Shown: positions 10,100 through 20,589 of the stretch, in pieces
Numbering within the stretch: position 1 is the first letter of the stretch
How the letters are laid out: the number at the start of each line of letters is the position of its first letter
Translations under genes and position numbers: made by a program
Source of the DNA: Felis catus
Lineage: Eukaryota
DNA: 64,000 nt
Reading direction: 5' to 3'
NCBI RefSeq assembly: GCF_018350175.1
Contig: NC_058368.1
Span: 47,988,001 to 48,052,000 of the forward strand
Notes under the pieces: generated by a model
Told to the model about the DNA's origin: nothing
What the model saw: the letters and a program-made list of their open reading frames with translations, nothing else
Database searches by the model: none

Positions 10100-12168
10100 C
10101 CATTAAAATCAAACTTAAGTACACAACTGAGTACTAACCAGGAAATGACTCTTGGCTGGGGAAAGAACCACCTGAGAGGATTAGAGGTGACAGTGTGTGG
10201 GGCTTCCATGCGACTGTGAGTAGTGCCTATTCCCACTAGCCAGACTGGAAAAACCTCATGATTCATGCAGGATTAGGCAGAGGACACGGAAAGACCTTCC
10301 ATCATACTGGTGAACAATTAGCTCTAGCTTGAGCACTGCTTCAAGCCCACATAACAAATCTTAAAAGAAAATCTGATAGGACCAAATTGTGTCCCGGAAA
10401 AAAAGATTGAGAATAATTTTTGGAAAACAAAAATATCAAAGAAGGTATAACTCACAATATCTACCAGCAACAACAGAAAGCTCTCCAGAAAACAGATATT
10501 TGGAAACTAAATAACATCCTTGTAAATATGGGTCAAAGAAGAAATCAAAAAGGAAATTAGAAGTTGCTTTGAGCTGAGTGAAAATGCAAACACAGCATGT
10601 CAGAATTCATGGGGTGACATTAAAGCAGTATTTAGGGGGAAATTATAGCACTAAATGCCTCTTTGAGATAAGAAGATAGCTCTTAAATCAGTGACCTCAG
10701 CTTCCACCTTAAGAACCTAGAAAAACAAGAGCAAATTATATATTAAGTAAGAAGAAGAAAAGAAATACTAAAGATCAGAGTGGAAATAAATGATCTAGAA
10801 AACAGAAAAACAAGAGAGAAAATCAATTACACCCAAACCTGTTTTTTTGAGATTAAAAAAAAAAGTGATAAATCTCTAGCTATGCTGATCAGAGATGGCA
10901 TAAATTACCGATATCAAGAATGAGAAAGGTAACATCGGTAGAGAGTTTACAGATAGTAGAAATATAACTTTATGCCAATAAATTTGCAATTTAGATTAAA
11001 TATTCTCATTCTTTGAAAGACACAAACTAACAAAACTCAAGAAGAAATAGTTACCCTGAATAACTTTATGTCAACTTAAATAATTGAATTTGTAGTTAAA
11101 AATCTCCCTATAAAGAAAATTACAGGCCCAGACAGCTTCATTGGTGTTTTCCACTAAATATTTAAGAAAGAATACCAATTCAAAACAAATTTTTCAGAAA
11201 ATTGCAGAGGAGTGAATATTTTCCAATTCATTTTATGAGTCCAGGTTATTCTAATTCTAAAAACCACACGTTATATAAAAAGAAAACTATAGACCACAAT
11301 CTCTCATGAAAATAGATGCAAAAATCCTAAAGAAAATTTTAGTAATTTTAAATCTAGCAGTGTATAAAAAATATAATACATCATAACCAAATGAGGTTTA
11401 TCCCAGGAATGCAAGGTTGGCTTCAACATTAAAAAAATCAGTCAGTGTAATTCACCATATTAATAAACTAAAAAGAAAGAGCATATGATTGTCAAAATAT
11501 ATGAAGAAAAAGCATTTGGCAAAATCCAACACCCATTCATGACAAACTCTCAACAAATTAAAAATAGGGGGTGTCTGAATGGCTCAATCAGTTGAGCATC
11601 CAACCCTTGATTTCCACTCAAATCACGATCCTGGGGTCATGGGACTGAGCCCCGTGTCAGGCTTTGCCCTGAGCACTGAACATGGAGCCTGCTTAGGATT
11701 CTCTCTCTCTTTCCCTCTGCCCTTCTCTGCTACTCTCACTCTCTCTGTCTCTAAAATTAAAAATTAAAAATAAAAAAAGAGGATTTTCTCAATCTACAAA
11801 AACCCTATAGCAAACATCATATTTAGTAGTGTAAGACTGAATACTTTCCTCCTATGATTGGGAGCAAGACATAAAGATGTCTGCCCTTATGATTTCTAAT
11901 AAAATTGTATTGGAGATTCAATTGGCGATTCAATAAAGTTAAGAAAAAAGTAACAAAGGCATTCTGATTAGAAAGGAAGAAGTAATGCTGTTTTTATTCA
12001 CAGAAAATATGATTGTCTATGTAGAATATCCAATGGATCCACAAATAAGCTACCAGAACTGAATGAGTTTAGCAAAGTTAAAAGACACCAGATCGACACA
12101 TAAATATGTGTTTTATTTCTGTATAATAGCAACAAGCAATCAGAAATTGAAATGTAAAGGATACTATT
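10100..12168 (+). mobile_element. Old L1 (L1M4/L1MC-like): 5' region joined to a degraded ORF2 segment; contains a Can-SINE
   Basis: AACAATTAGCTCTAGCTTGAGCACTGCT...AACAAATCTTAAAAG (L1MC-type 5' region), then TTTGGAAACTAAATAAC...GGGTCAAAGAAGAAATC...CCAGGAATGCAAGGTTGG...AAAGCATTTGGCAAAATCCAACACCCATTCATGA (ORF2 RT). Confidence 0.85.
11567..11778 (+). mobile_element. Older Can-SINE inside the L1
   Basis: GGGGTGTCTGAATGGCTCAATCAGTTGAGCATCC...GGAGCCTGCTTAGGATTCTCTCTC...A tail. Confidence 0.9.
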
Positions 12169-12182
12169 TAAAACAGTGCAGT

Positions 12183-12380
12183 GGGGTGCCTGGGTGGCTC
12201 AGTCAGTTGAGCATCCGACTGTTGATTTTGGCTCAGATCATGATCTTGTGGTTCCTGAGATCGAGCCCCACATCAAATTCTGTGCTGTCAGTGCAAAGCC
12301 TGCTTGAGATTTTCTCTTTCTCTCTCTCTGCCCCTCCCCACTCAAAATAAATAAATAAACATTTAAAACTTAAAAAAAAT
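12183..12380 (+). mobile_element. Can-SINE at the L1/MLT1A boundary
   Basis: Canonical head and tail; imperfect TSD TAAAACAGTGCAGT (12169-12182) / TAAAACCGTGCAAT (12381-12394). Confidence 0.92.
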
Positions 12381-12388
12381 TAAAACCG

Positions 12389-12635
12389 TGCAATGGACTT
12401 AACGTTTGTGCTCCCCCCAAAATTCACATGTTGAAACCCTAATCCCAATGTGATGATATTTGTAGGTGGGGGTCTTGGGACATAATTAGGTCATGAGGGT
12501 GGAGGAATGAGATCAGTGCCCTTCTAAGAAGAGGACAGAGTACTAGATAGCTTTTTTTCCCACCATGTGAGGACACATCAAGAAGATGAGGATAAGCCAG
12601 AAAAAGGCCAGTCACCAAGAGCTAAATTCTGATGT
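12389..12635 (+). mobile_element. MLT1A/MLT1A0-like MaLR LTR, 3'-truncated
   Basis: TGCAATGGACTTAACGTTTGTG...CCCCAAAATTCACATGTTGAAACCCTAATCCCAATGTGATG...TAATTAGGTCATGAGGGTGGAG...CCATGTGAGGACAC. Confidence 0.85.
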
Positions 12636-12639
12636 AAGC

Positions 12640-13200
12640 CTGGAGAGCTGGAGAGACAGGGCAGTAAAAGTATATTGTTGGCCTTGGAGCTGAAGCTGGG
12701 GTTAAACTGCTGTTGGTGGTCTTTATTAACAGGAATTGGGAAAAAAGAGCGTATCTGCATACCAGTGACCAGAAAATGTGTTAACTTACTGAAGCAGTGA
12801 AACCATACCTGGTACAGTAGCTACAACTGGAGTCGCTGCCTGGTTAAGCTTATGATAATCCGCCATCATTCTCCAATAGCCTTCTGTCTTCTGCACAGGT
12901 CACGTAGGTGAGTTGAATGGGTGTGGGATAGAAACCACCACTTCTGCATCCTTCACGTCCTTGAGGGTATTACTGACCTCTACAATCTCTCCAGAAAGGC
13001 AGTATTGCGTTTGGCATACTATTTTCCTAGGCAGAGAGAGCTGTATTGGCCTCCATTTGGTCTTTTCCACCCTAATAACCCTCACTCCACAGAACAGGGA
13101 ACGAGTGTGGGGATTCTGCCAGTTAATAAGTGTATCTATTACAATTATGCATTCTGGAACTGGTGAAAGAACCGCAGGATGGGTTTAGAGACTCACAAGG
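12640..13200 (-). pseudogene. pol: ERVL pro/RT N-terminal remnant
   Basis: ORFs 12900-13085 and 12578-12760 align by eye to HERV-L RT (KWKPLELPLPRKIVNQKQYRIPGGIAEISATIKDLKDAGVV...AFFSIPVHKAHQKQF); stops and frameshifts present. Confidence 0.8.
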
Positions 13201-14004
13201 CCCACTATGACATAAGCCTCCTTTGATTTTTCTCCATTAGCCCCTTCTATGATGGTAGGCCATAGTGATGTTTTGAGTCTCAGAATTAGTGTCGATTCAG
13301 AGCCAGTGTCCAGTACTCCCCATAAAACAGTTATCTTGGTAAAAGGCCCGAGATCCCTTTAGGGAAGGCTAGGAGAAAAATGAACAGTATAAGTTTTTGG
13401 CAGTGCAGATCAAGGATCAATTCCAACAGATCAATTCCTTATACAGATCAAGGAAGAATTTAGTAGACTTCTTGTCTATTTCACTTCTAGAAATACTACG
13501 ATCAAATAGCCAGTGCCATAGTGATGTACAGGTCAGACTATCCTGATTGCTGCTTTTACTCTGCTGTCTCTTACAGTTGCCACGCCCACCTTGCGCCTGG
13601 AGGCTGAATGCTGCCACCTGGCCCTGACAGCCCGGGGTTCCAATTACTTCCATTGCATCTAGGTTTCCCAAGTCAGTGACTTAGTCCCTACTAAGGTCTG
13701 GCCTACAGAAAAGAGTGAGTGATCACAGAGCTTTTCAAGGATGCTGGGGCTCTCCTCACAAATTTAGTTTCCACAATTGTGATAAAAACTATGCTTTCTA
13801 GGCTCTCTGATGTGGGAGAGTAGGCCTTAAATGACAAATTCACTCTAACATTCCACTCTCCCCACATCTCTGAACCTCTTCCTTTACATTAAGCCAAGGC
13901 AGATCTGTCATTTCTAAATCACTCACTGTGGGCCACCTCTCGGTCTATGTTTTAGTCAACCAATGAAACTGTTAGAGCTCTTCTTAACTCCCTGAGCTGC
14001 AACA

Positions 14005-14070
14005 TTAATTGCAGAATCTAATTAATTGCAGAATTGCAGAATCTAATTAATCTAATTAATTGCAGAATCT
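14005..14070. repeat. Local tandem expansion of a TTAATTGCAGAATCTAA unit
   Basis: About four imperfect copies directly visible. Confidence 0.9.
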
Positions 14071-14136
14071 TAGTGAGTCTGTATCAATGAATTTGGCTCA
14101 ATTTCCACTGTTACCCCACACCCTCAACATCTGTTC

Positions 14137-14412
14137 CTACATAGGCCCCTCATTTAGAAATCTGTATAAAGTCGAAAACTCAAATACTTCTGGAGTAGAG
14201 CATACCTCCTCATGGGTCACACTTTTTACCTCACCTCTAGGGGCCTGCTGTGACTTCAGTTCAGTTAGAGGTCTAGAAACAAAAAGGAGTGGTAGGGGTG
14301 GGTTCTGAGTAGAATCAGGATTGTCTTTTATAGCACCTCCATCAGAGGAGACCATTTCAGTTTCCTCGGGCAATGCAGGGTTAATTCCCTCAGACTGGGT
14401 TAATTCCCTCAA
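14137..14412 (-). pseudogene. gag: ERVL gag remnant
   Basis: ORF 14137-14412 resembles HERV-L gag (EEINPALPEETVMASPE...SRPITRLKSQQAPKGEVQSVTHEEVRYTPKELLEFSNLY). Confidence 0.8.
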
Positions 14413-15030
14413 AGAAGACTTTTCAGAATTTAGGGACTCAACGTTTCCAGCTTTGTCAAGATCGACTCACACATCGCCGGTCCAACTTACAGGATCCCAT
14501 CTAATACCGTCACTAAACAGTAGGCACTTTGTGAGGCTGGGAGTTGGGCTTGCATTGTAATTCAGCTAGTCACAGGATAAGATTCTACACTAGATTTTCA
14601 GCAATCTTGACCCTGTGGCTACAGAAGATACAGTTCTCTCTAGGGCACACATAGAAGATCTCGGGTAATGTATGCAGCACTTGAGCTAGGAATTCTAATC
14701 CCTGAGCTCATCCTTTTATTTCACGACTTTGTCCAGTGACATTAGGAGCAATAAGGTAATCTCATTAAACTTGTTAGTTTTCCAAAAATGTTGAAAAGTT
14801 TCATATACATGGTGACCCAGCTCCTTGCTTCTTATACTAGTTGATTAGAAGTGTCCAGTGGAGAGATATTTAGTGTGTTGCTATTACCAGATCAACCCAT
14901 GGACTATCAGTGCCCTCTCTACTACTAGAAATAGATTATTAGCATCTTTAAATCTAATCAGATTAGAGGGCCCATTCCAGAAACCCCAGAAACAATTCAG
15001 AAAACTCATTCTTAAAATTCTATTCCTGGA

Positions 15031-15053
15031 GAACCATTCTTAGTATCAAAGTC
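15031..15053 (-). promoter_or_regulatory. ERVL primer-binding-site region, degenerate
   Basis: Minus strand GACTTTGATACTAAGAATGGTTC directly after the LTR resembles ERVL GATTTTGGTACCAAGAGTGGTTC. Confidence 0.6.
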
Positions 15054-15089
15054 TGTATTAGTTGGGTTCTCCAGAGAAACAGAATCTAA

Positions 15090-15146
<57 letters not shown>

Positions 15147-15624
15147 TGCGCGTGCAGGGGTGGGAGGGAAGAGGGAGAGAGAGAGATTTATTATAAATAA
15201 TTGGATTGTGGAGACTGAGATGCCTCAAGTTCTACAGTTGGCAAACTGGACCTGGGGAAGCTGATGGTGATGTTCCAGTTCCAGTCTGAAGGCCTGCGAA
15301 CCAGGATAGCTAAGAGTGTAAGTTCCAGTCTGAGTCTGAGTCTGAAGGCAGGAGAAGACTGATGTCCCTGAGTGAAGACTGTCAGGTAGAGAGCAATTTG
15401 TTCTCATTTGGGTCAGCCTTTTTGTTCTATTCAGGCCTTTAGTGATTGGGTGAGAGCCACTCACAAAAGGGACAGCTCTCTGGTTTATCAGTCTACTGAT
15501 GTAAATGTTAACCTTTTTCAACACCCCCCCCCCACACACACACACATACTCAAAACAATGTTTGACCAAATATCTGGGTACCTTATGGCACAGTCAAGTT
15601 GGTACATAAAAATTAACCATCGCA
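15054..15624 (-). mobile_element. MLT2 (MLT2B-like) LTR, the 5' LTR of the ERVL
   Basis: Minus strand starts TGCGATGGTTAATTTTTATGTACCAACTTGACTG and ends CTCTGGAGAACCCAACTAATACA; internal (CA)n tract typical of MLT2. Confidence 0.9.
15092..15143. repeat. (GT)n microsatellite, about 26 units, within the LTR
   Basis: Directly visible. Confidence 0.97.
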
Positions 15625-15629
15625 GATGG

Positions 15630-15860
15630 TAAGGGTTAAAGTTGCCATTGAACAAGAGATGGAAGCTGCCTGATGAAGTTGGCAAAGCCAGTAGATGAAA
15701 AATCCTGTATTCTCAGGACTCTGGAGTACCCATGCTTACCTGCCCTGGAAGCTTCCATGGAGGCTCCTACATGAGGAAACTACATAAATTTATAGCTTGT
15801 TTAAACCACTCTTATTTTGGTTTTTGTTACAGCCTTTAAAACCAATATCAAAATTATATT
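15630..15860 (+). mobile_element. Old MLT1-family MaLR LTR 3' fragment
   Basis: CTTGTTTAAACCACTCTTATTTTGGTTTTTGTTACAGCC end motif typical of MLT1 LTRs. Confidence 0.55.
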
Positions 15861-16006
15861 TTGCCTTTCGGGTTCTTGAATATATTTGGCTCTGGAGGAA
15901 TTCAGAGTGAAGGAAAAATATTAAGTTCTTTTGGAAATGTTGTGGATTTTCTCCCCTATATGTGTGTCAATATCAGGATTGAAGATGTAGATAAAAAAAA
16001 AATAAA

Positions 16007-16230
16007 GGGGCGCTTGGGTGGCTCAGTCGGTTAAGTGTCTGACTTCTGCTCAGGTCACGATCTCGCAGATCGTGGGTTTGAGACCCTCGTCGGGCTCTGT
16101 GCTGACAACTCAGAGCCTGGAGCCTGCTTCAGATTCTGTGTCTCCCGCTCTCTCTGCCCCTCCTCCACTCTGTGTCTCTCTGTCCCCAAAATAAATATAA
16201 ACATTAAAAAAAATTTTTTTAATAAAATAA
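16007..16230 (+). mobile_element. Felid Can-SINE
   Basis: GGGGCGCTTGGGTGGCTCAGTCGGTTAAG...GGAGCCTGCTTCAGATTCTGTGTCTCC...AAAATAAAT tail. Confidence 0.93.
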
Positions 16231-16809
16231 ATTTGTAACAAAAAGGGCCTTTTTTTTTTAATGGCCTTAAGATAGTCTACAAGGGTATTTTGCCAAATAT
16301 ATAACAGGATGTGATGTGGGGGTGACATTCTATCTGTAATTCCTAGTTCTTTCTTTCTTAAACTGGTGAAAAGGCAGCTAGGGGGACACCATGTTGTGGT
16401 CCTTGAGCAAACTAGCTTTGACTTGGAGATGAAATATTTGTCTGGCGAATCTTACCTAGCAGTGTTGAGGTTTACATGAGGGCTTGCTTTTTATTAGGCA
16501 TGTACTGATCTGACTTGTTTGAGTTTTATTGGCACTTACAACCATGAGAAGATCACTGATTCATAACAACAGAATTTTAGGTGATTCATTCAATTCATTA
16601 ATCAAAATGATTATTTCAGCAATGATTTACATTTGAGAATCAGTAACTAACTTATCTTTTTTGATTTAAAGGTACTTGAATTATTTGGTATCAAAAGACT
16701 GAAATATTTGTATTTGTTGAAGTATAATTTATATAAAATAGAATGCACATATCGTGGGTGTTTCAATGCCCTGTAACCTCTGTCTACGTCATGGAGATAT
16801 TTCAGAAGT

Positions 16810-17210
16810 AATCACATCAGGCTTTTATGAATGGGTATTGATGGTGAAGGAGAAAATAACTCAAAGATTTCTTCCAGATTTCTTGTTTAATCAACTGGCC
16901 ATATGTAAATACTATTTCCTGAGATTGTGAGTACTCAGAGGATTATATGTTAATATGAATGTGAGTGTGAGTGTGCCCATGTGTGTGTTTGGTGGAGAGA
17001 AGCATAGATGGAAATGTTGGTGTCAATTTTTGACATACAGATTTTTCCAGTGCTTCCAGAACAAGTGGTGATGCTTATTAGACACTTGTCTGGAGTTCAA
17101 GAGACAAAGAACTCAACTAGAGATATAAATTTGCTCATAATCAGCAAATAAATGGTTATTGAATGATGGTAGTGGGTGAAGTTGCCTACAAAGAAGTATA
17201 TAGCTCTTGG
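16810..17210 (-). mobile_element. L2 LINE relic
   Basis: CCAGATTTCTTGTTT...CTAGAGATATAAATTTG...ATCAGCAAATAAATGG, antisense L2. Confidence 0.55.
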
Positions 17211-18039
17211 AGGTAACTAATAGATTGTTTCCTAATATGGCTTCCATGGTGGACTAGTTCTGTTAGATACTTTGATAAAATTACTTTGTGATCAAATAAG
17301 TTTAGAAAATGCAACCAAGAGTACCCCTCTCTTGAAAATGTACAAGATACGTTATTGGATTAAAGACGAGGGAGTCCACTGTATCAAAATATGTTTCACA
17401 TTTCATAACGCTGTGTTTCCCAAACGCCCCCCCACTGTGATACTAAGGAAGAAGGAAACCAAATCCTACCAGTCTTCTGCCTTGTGGTTTTACCTTGTGG
17501 ATGACCCACACCCAAGCAACTTGGCCCTGGGCAAGTGGAATTCGGATTCACTTTCCAGTAACAGTAGGATAGACAGGTCTTTGCGCTTAGAGTTGCAATG
17601 CAATCAAGTATTTTTATTTGTTTCTGTTTGCCAAATGTTTAACATCATATTTAAAGCAAATTATAGGTTCTATGTCCTACATATACACTCATTTTATTTT
17701 TTTAACTCAATTTAAAATTTGATATTGGTGTTAGTGTTTAAATACTAAGATAACCATAACTTTGCTTTATTGTAGCACTATAGCAGAAGATGTTAAATCA
17801 CTTAAAGATGTTTTTGAATATAATTAATGTCTTTCTTTCTTTGTTTCTTACCTAATATGTTTATGGCTTTGAATAGGCTGTAGCAGTGGGGTGGTTGCTT
17901 AATCTTTCCAATGGGGCAAGGAACCCAGGCTGTAAGAATATGTAGTGCCTATTCAATTAAACAGGATTATTTTATAGTTTAACAAGGAAAAAGGCATCTG
18001 GGTATGATATTCTAAAGTAAAATTGACTGGAATACTCTT

Positions 18040-19330
18040 ATGCACTTTGTAGGTTCATCCAGTGCCTCTTTGCTGCTGACCTTCAGAGGTCATCAAGCTG
18101 TCTCAGCCATATTCCACTCTACCTGGATATCCATAGGCACCTCAAGCCTGAGGTATCCCAGACAGAGCTTGTTATCTTATTCTCACCGAAAGGAGATGTG
18201 GGAAAGCTTTGGTTGTTTCTGTTATAGTTACTTTTCCTCTTGGTTTTCTATTTTGCCTCAAGACATTCATTGATTGATTTTGCGCAGCTCAGAAATTCAG
18301 TCAAGTATCCTCCCCTCTCTTTTTCAAATCCAGTCAGTCACCAATTCAGTTGGTCTGAAATGCTTTTGCACCTCTGGACTCCACCCTGCCCTTGGATGAT
18401 AGATTGTCTTGAGTCAGATCATCATCTCTCATCTGGGTTGTTGCAATAGCCCTTATCTGGTTTCTCTGCCTCTACTCTCTCAGGATTTCAGTCCCTCTCC
18501 TGTCTCCACCCTTCTGCTAGAGTTATCTGTCTAAAACACAGATCTGATCAAGTACTTCTGCTTTTACAATCTTTAATGACCATCTACAGGGAGACAATCT
18601 TTGAGTGGATTAGAAATCCTAATCTGATTTAGGTACTTTCTTAATCTCATCTCCCACTTCTTTCTCCACTTCTACTTACACAACTTCTCCCAGACACAAT
18701 ATGGGTTTGTTATTTTCTGTCCCTATGGTGTGCTTCCATTCCCTGTGTCCTTGCCTTTTCATCACTCTCCGTTGCCTTCTTTCTCCTTAAATTCTGACTT
18801 CTACAGGTAGAAGGAATTTCCCACTCTTCTTATACCTCTGTCACAGCACTAAATGTGTTATGAAAACTAAGTGTATATGTGTAACCCTATCCCACGATAG
18901 ATGGTGGGCTTCTCAAGCAAGGGTTGGCAAATTTTTTCTGTAGAAGACTGCAGGCCACAGTTGTCTCTGTGTTAACTACCCAATTCAGCCATCTTAGTGT
19001 GAAAGCATTCACAGATAAATTATAGAGGAAACGAGTGTGGCTGAATTTCTATAAAACTTTACTTACAAACAGAAATTTGAATTTCATGTAATTTTTACAT
19101 GTCACAAATATTTTTCTTCTTTTGCCACCCCCCCCCCCCCCCACGCCACCAACCATTAAAAAAATCTGACAACTATTCTTAGTTCTTGGCCCACACAAAC
19201 ACAAGATTGGACTGCGGACTGTAGTTTGCTAAGCGTGTTCTAAATGGTAGGGCTATTTCATATTTATTTTCATACACTGCTGGTAGGTAACAAAATACCT
19301 GCACTGAACGAATGTTTGCTAAAATGAATC
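18040..19330 (+). mobile_element. L2 LINE 3' region split by MER58B
   Basis: TGGATATCCATAGGCACCTCAAG...CAAATCCAGTCAGTCACCAA...TTGCAATAGCCCTTATCTGG...CTAAAACACAGATCTGATCA, resuming after the MITE with GAACGAATGTTTGCTAAAATGAAT. Confidence 0.7.
18918..19237 (+). mobile_element. MER58B-like hAT MITE
   Basis: Termini CAAGGGTTGGCAAAT / GTAGTTTGCTAAGCGTG; internal TAAAACTTTACTTACAAAC...AATTTGAATTTCATGTAATTTTTACATGTCACAAATA. Confidence 0.75.
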
Positions 19331-20294
19331 ATATAGAGACAAATGGTTTTCATTTTATGTTCTATTCCATTACAAACTGTGGTGGTGTGACAGAGTAAAA
19401 TTTTTTTAATTAACTGAAGATGAAGTAGAAAACCATTTTTAAATTTCAACCTTGGTTTGAAAATCTTTCTGAGGTATGTTTTTCCAATTTTCTGCCCTAG
19501 TAAGTACAGTTTAGTGAATACATTTAATGATTATCTTGCAGTGCCCCCAGGTCATGATTACAGATAAGAATCTCTTTGTGCAACCAACTAAATGTAGATT
19601 ATAGAAGGTATAGCTGATTGAACCCCAAATGCATATAGCCTGGGATTTACTTCAGATACTGCTTTCTTGATGCAGAGGTTCAAGCTGTGCTATGCACTTC
19701 TTTTCTAGTGATCTCTTTTCTCTGTAAAGTGGGGCATAGGAACCCAGACTCAACCAAACGAAACTAATTACTGAAAGGTTCTCATTCTTTGGGTTCCAGT
19801 TCTATTGCTCCCTATATAGGGAAGGAACGCTGAGCATTGGTGTCATTGATTGCTTCTGTCTTTCTTCTTAGCCCCTCACCCAAGGGAGTTAAAAGTGCAA
19901 TGTTGTTAAAGAGAAAACATTGAAAACAAGCAAGTTTGTAACACTGACCTAAGGAAAAAAAGTCACAGGTATCTACAGCATGGATCCCTCATTTTAATGA
20001 TCCAGTTGAAGTTTTCTTTTAAATTAGAGTGCTAAAATGGAAATTCAGAATAATATAATACTGGAACCACCTAGGAGTCCCTTCAGGTGGTGAAAGCACA
20101 GAGGCTCGTGATTTTTTCCACCCAGAGTTTACCTGAGCACTTTTCTCTCTTCTACTCGTTGTAGATTGTCTACCTTGTTTTTCAGCATGGAACAGTGGTA
20201 AAGGTACTCATCTGGATCACAAGGACTTGAGTCCCTATTTTTGTTCTATAAATCCTTAAGTATGTGCTAATATTGATCCTTACTTATTTGAGTA

Positions 20295-20560
20295 AATGCA
20301 GTCAATGTGGGATCCTGGAATAGATCCTGGAATAGAAAAAGGACATTGGGAGAAAACTGCACAAAGTTGAATTACATTTATAATTTAGTTAATGGTTCTG
20401 TATCAGTATTATATAATGTTAATTTCCTGGTATAAACATCACATAGCTGTTATATAAATTGTAAACATTTGGGGAAGCTGAGTGAAGGATATTTGGGAAC
20501 GATATTTTTGGGGCAACATTTCTGTAAATCTTAAATTATTTCAAAACAAAAAGAGAAAGA
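20295..20560 (+). mobile_element. L1MC-like 3' end fragment
   Basis: TGTGGGATCCTGGAATAGATCCTGGAATAGAAAAAGGACATT...AATGTTAATTTCCTGG...TTTCTGTAAATCTTAAATTATTTCAAAA. Confidence 0.7.
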
Positions 20561-20589
20561 AGAACAAGACCAAAAGGAAAAAAAGATAT

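Larger units (their letters stand above)
12625..15053 (-). mobile_element. ERVL (HERV-L/MERVL-like) internal region: PBS, gag, pro and N-terminal RT, all decayed and truncated
   Basis: Minus-strand peptides resemble ERVL gag (EGINPALPEETEMVS...PPLPLLFVSRPLTELKSQQAPRGEVKSVTHEEVC) and pol (KTKWRPIQLSLPRKIVCQTQYCLSGEIVEVSNTLKDVKDAEVVVSIPHPFNSP...FFPIPVNKDHQQQF); abuts an MLT2 LTR. Confidence 0.9.

Noticed and set aside
14005-14070. Short direct repeats considered as a CRISPR-like array
   Set aside because: Eukaryotic DNA, tandem units without unique spacers; this is replication slippage
17272-17715. 147-aa ORF
   Set aside because: Starts at TTG, low-complexity hydrophobic composition, no homology recognised, no exon boundaries
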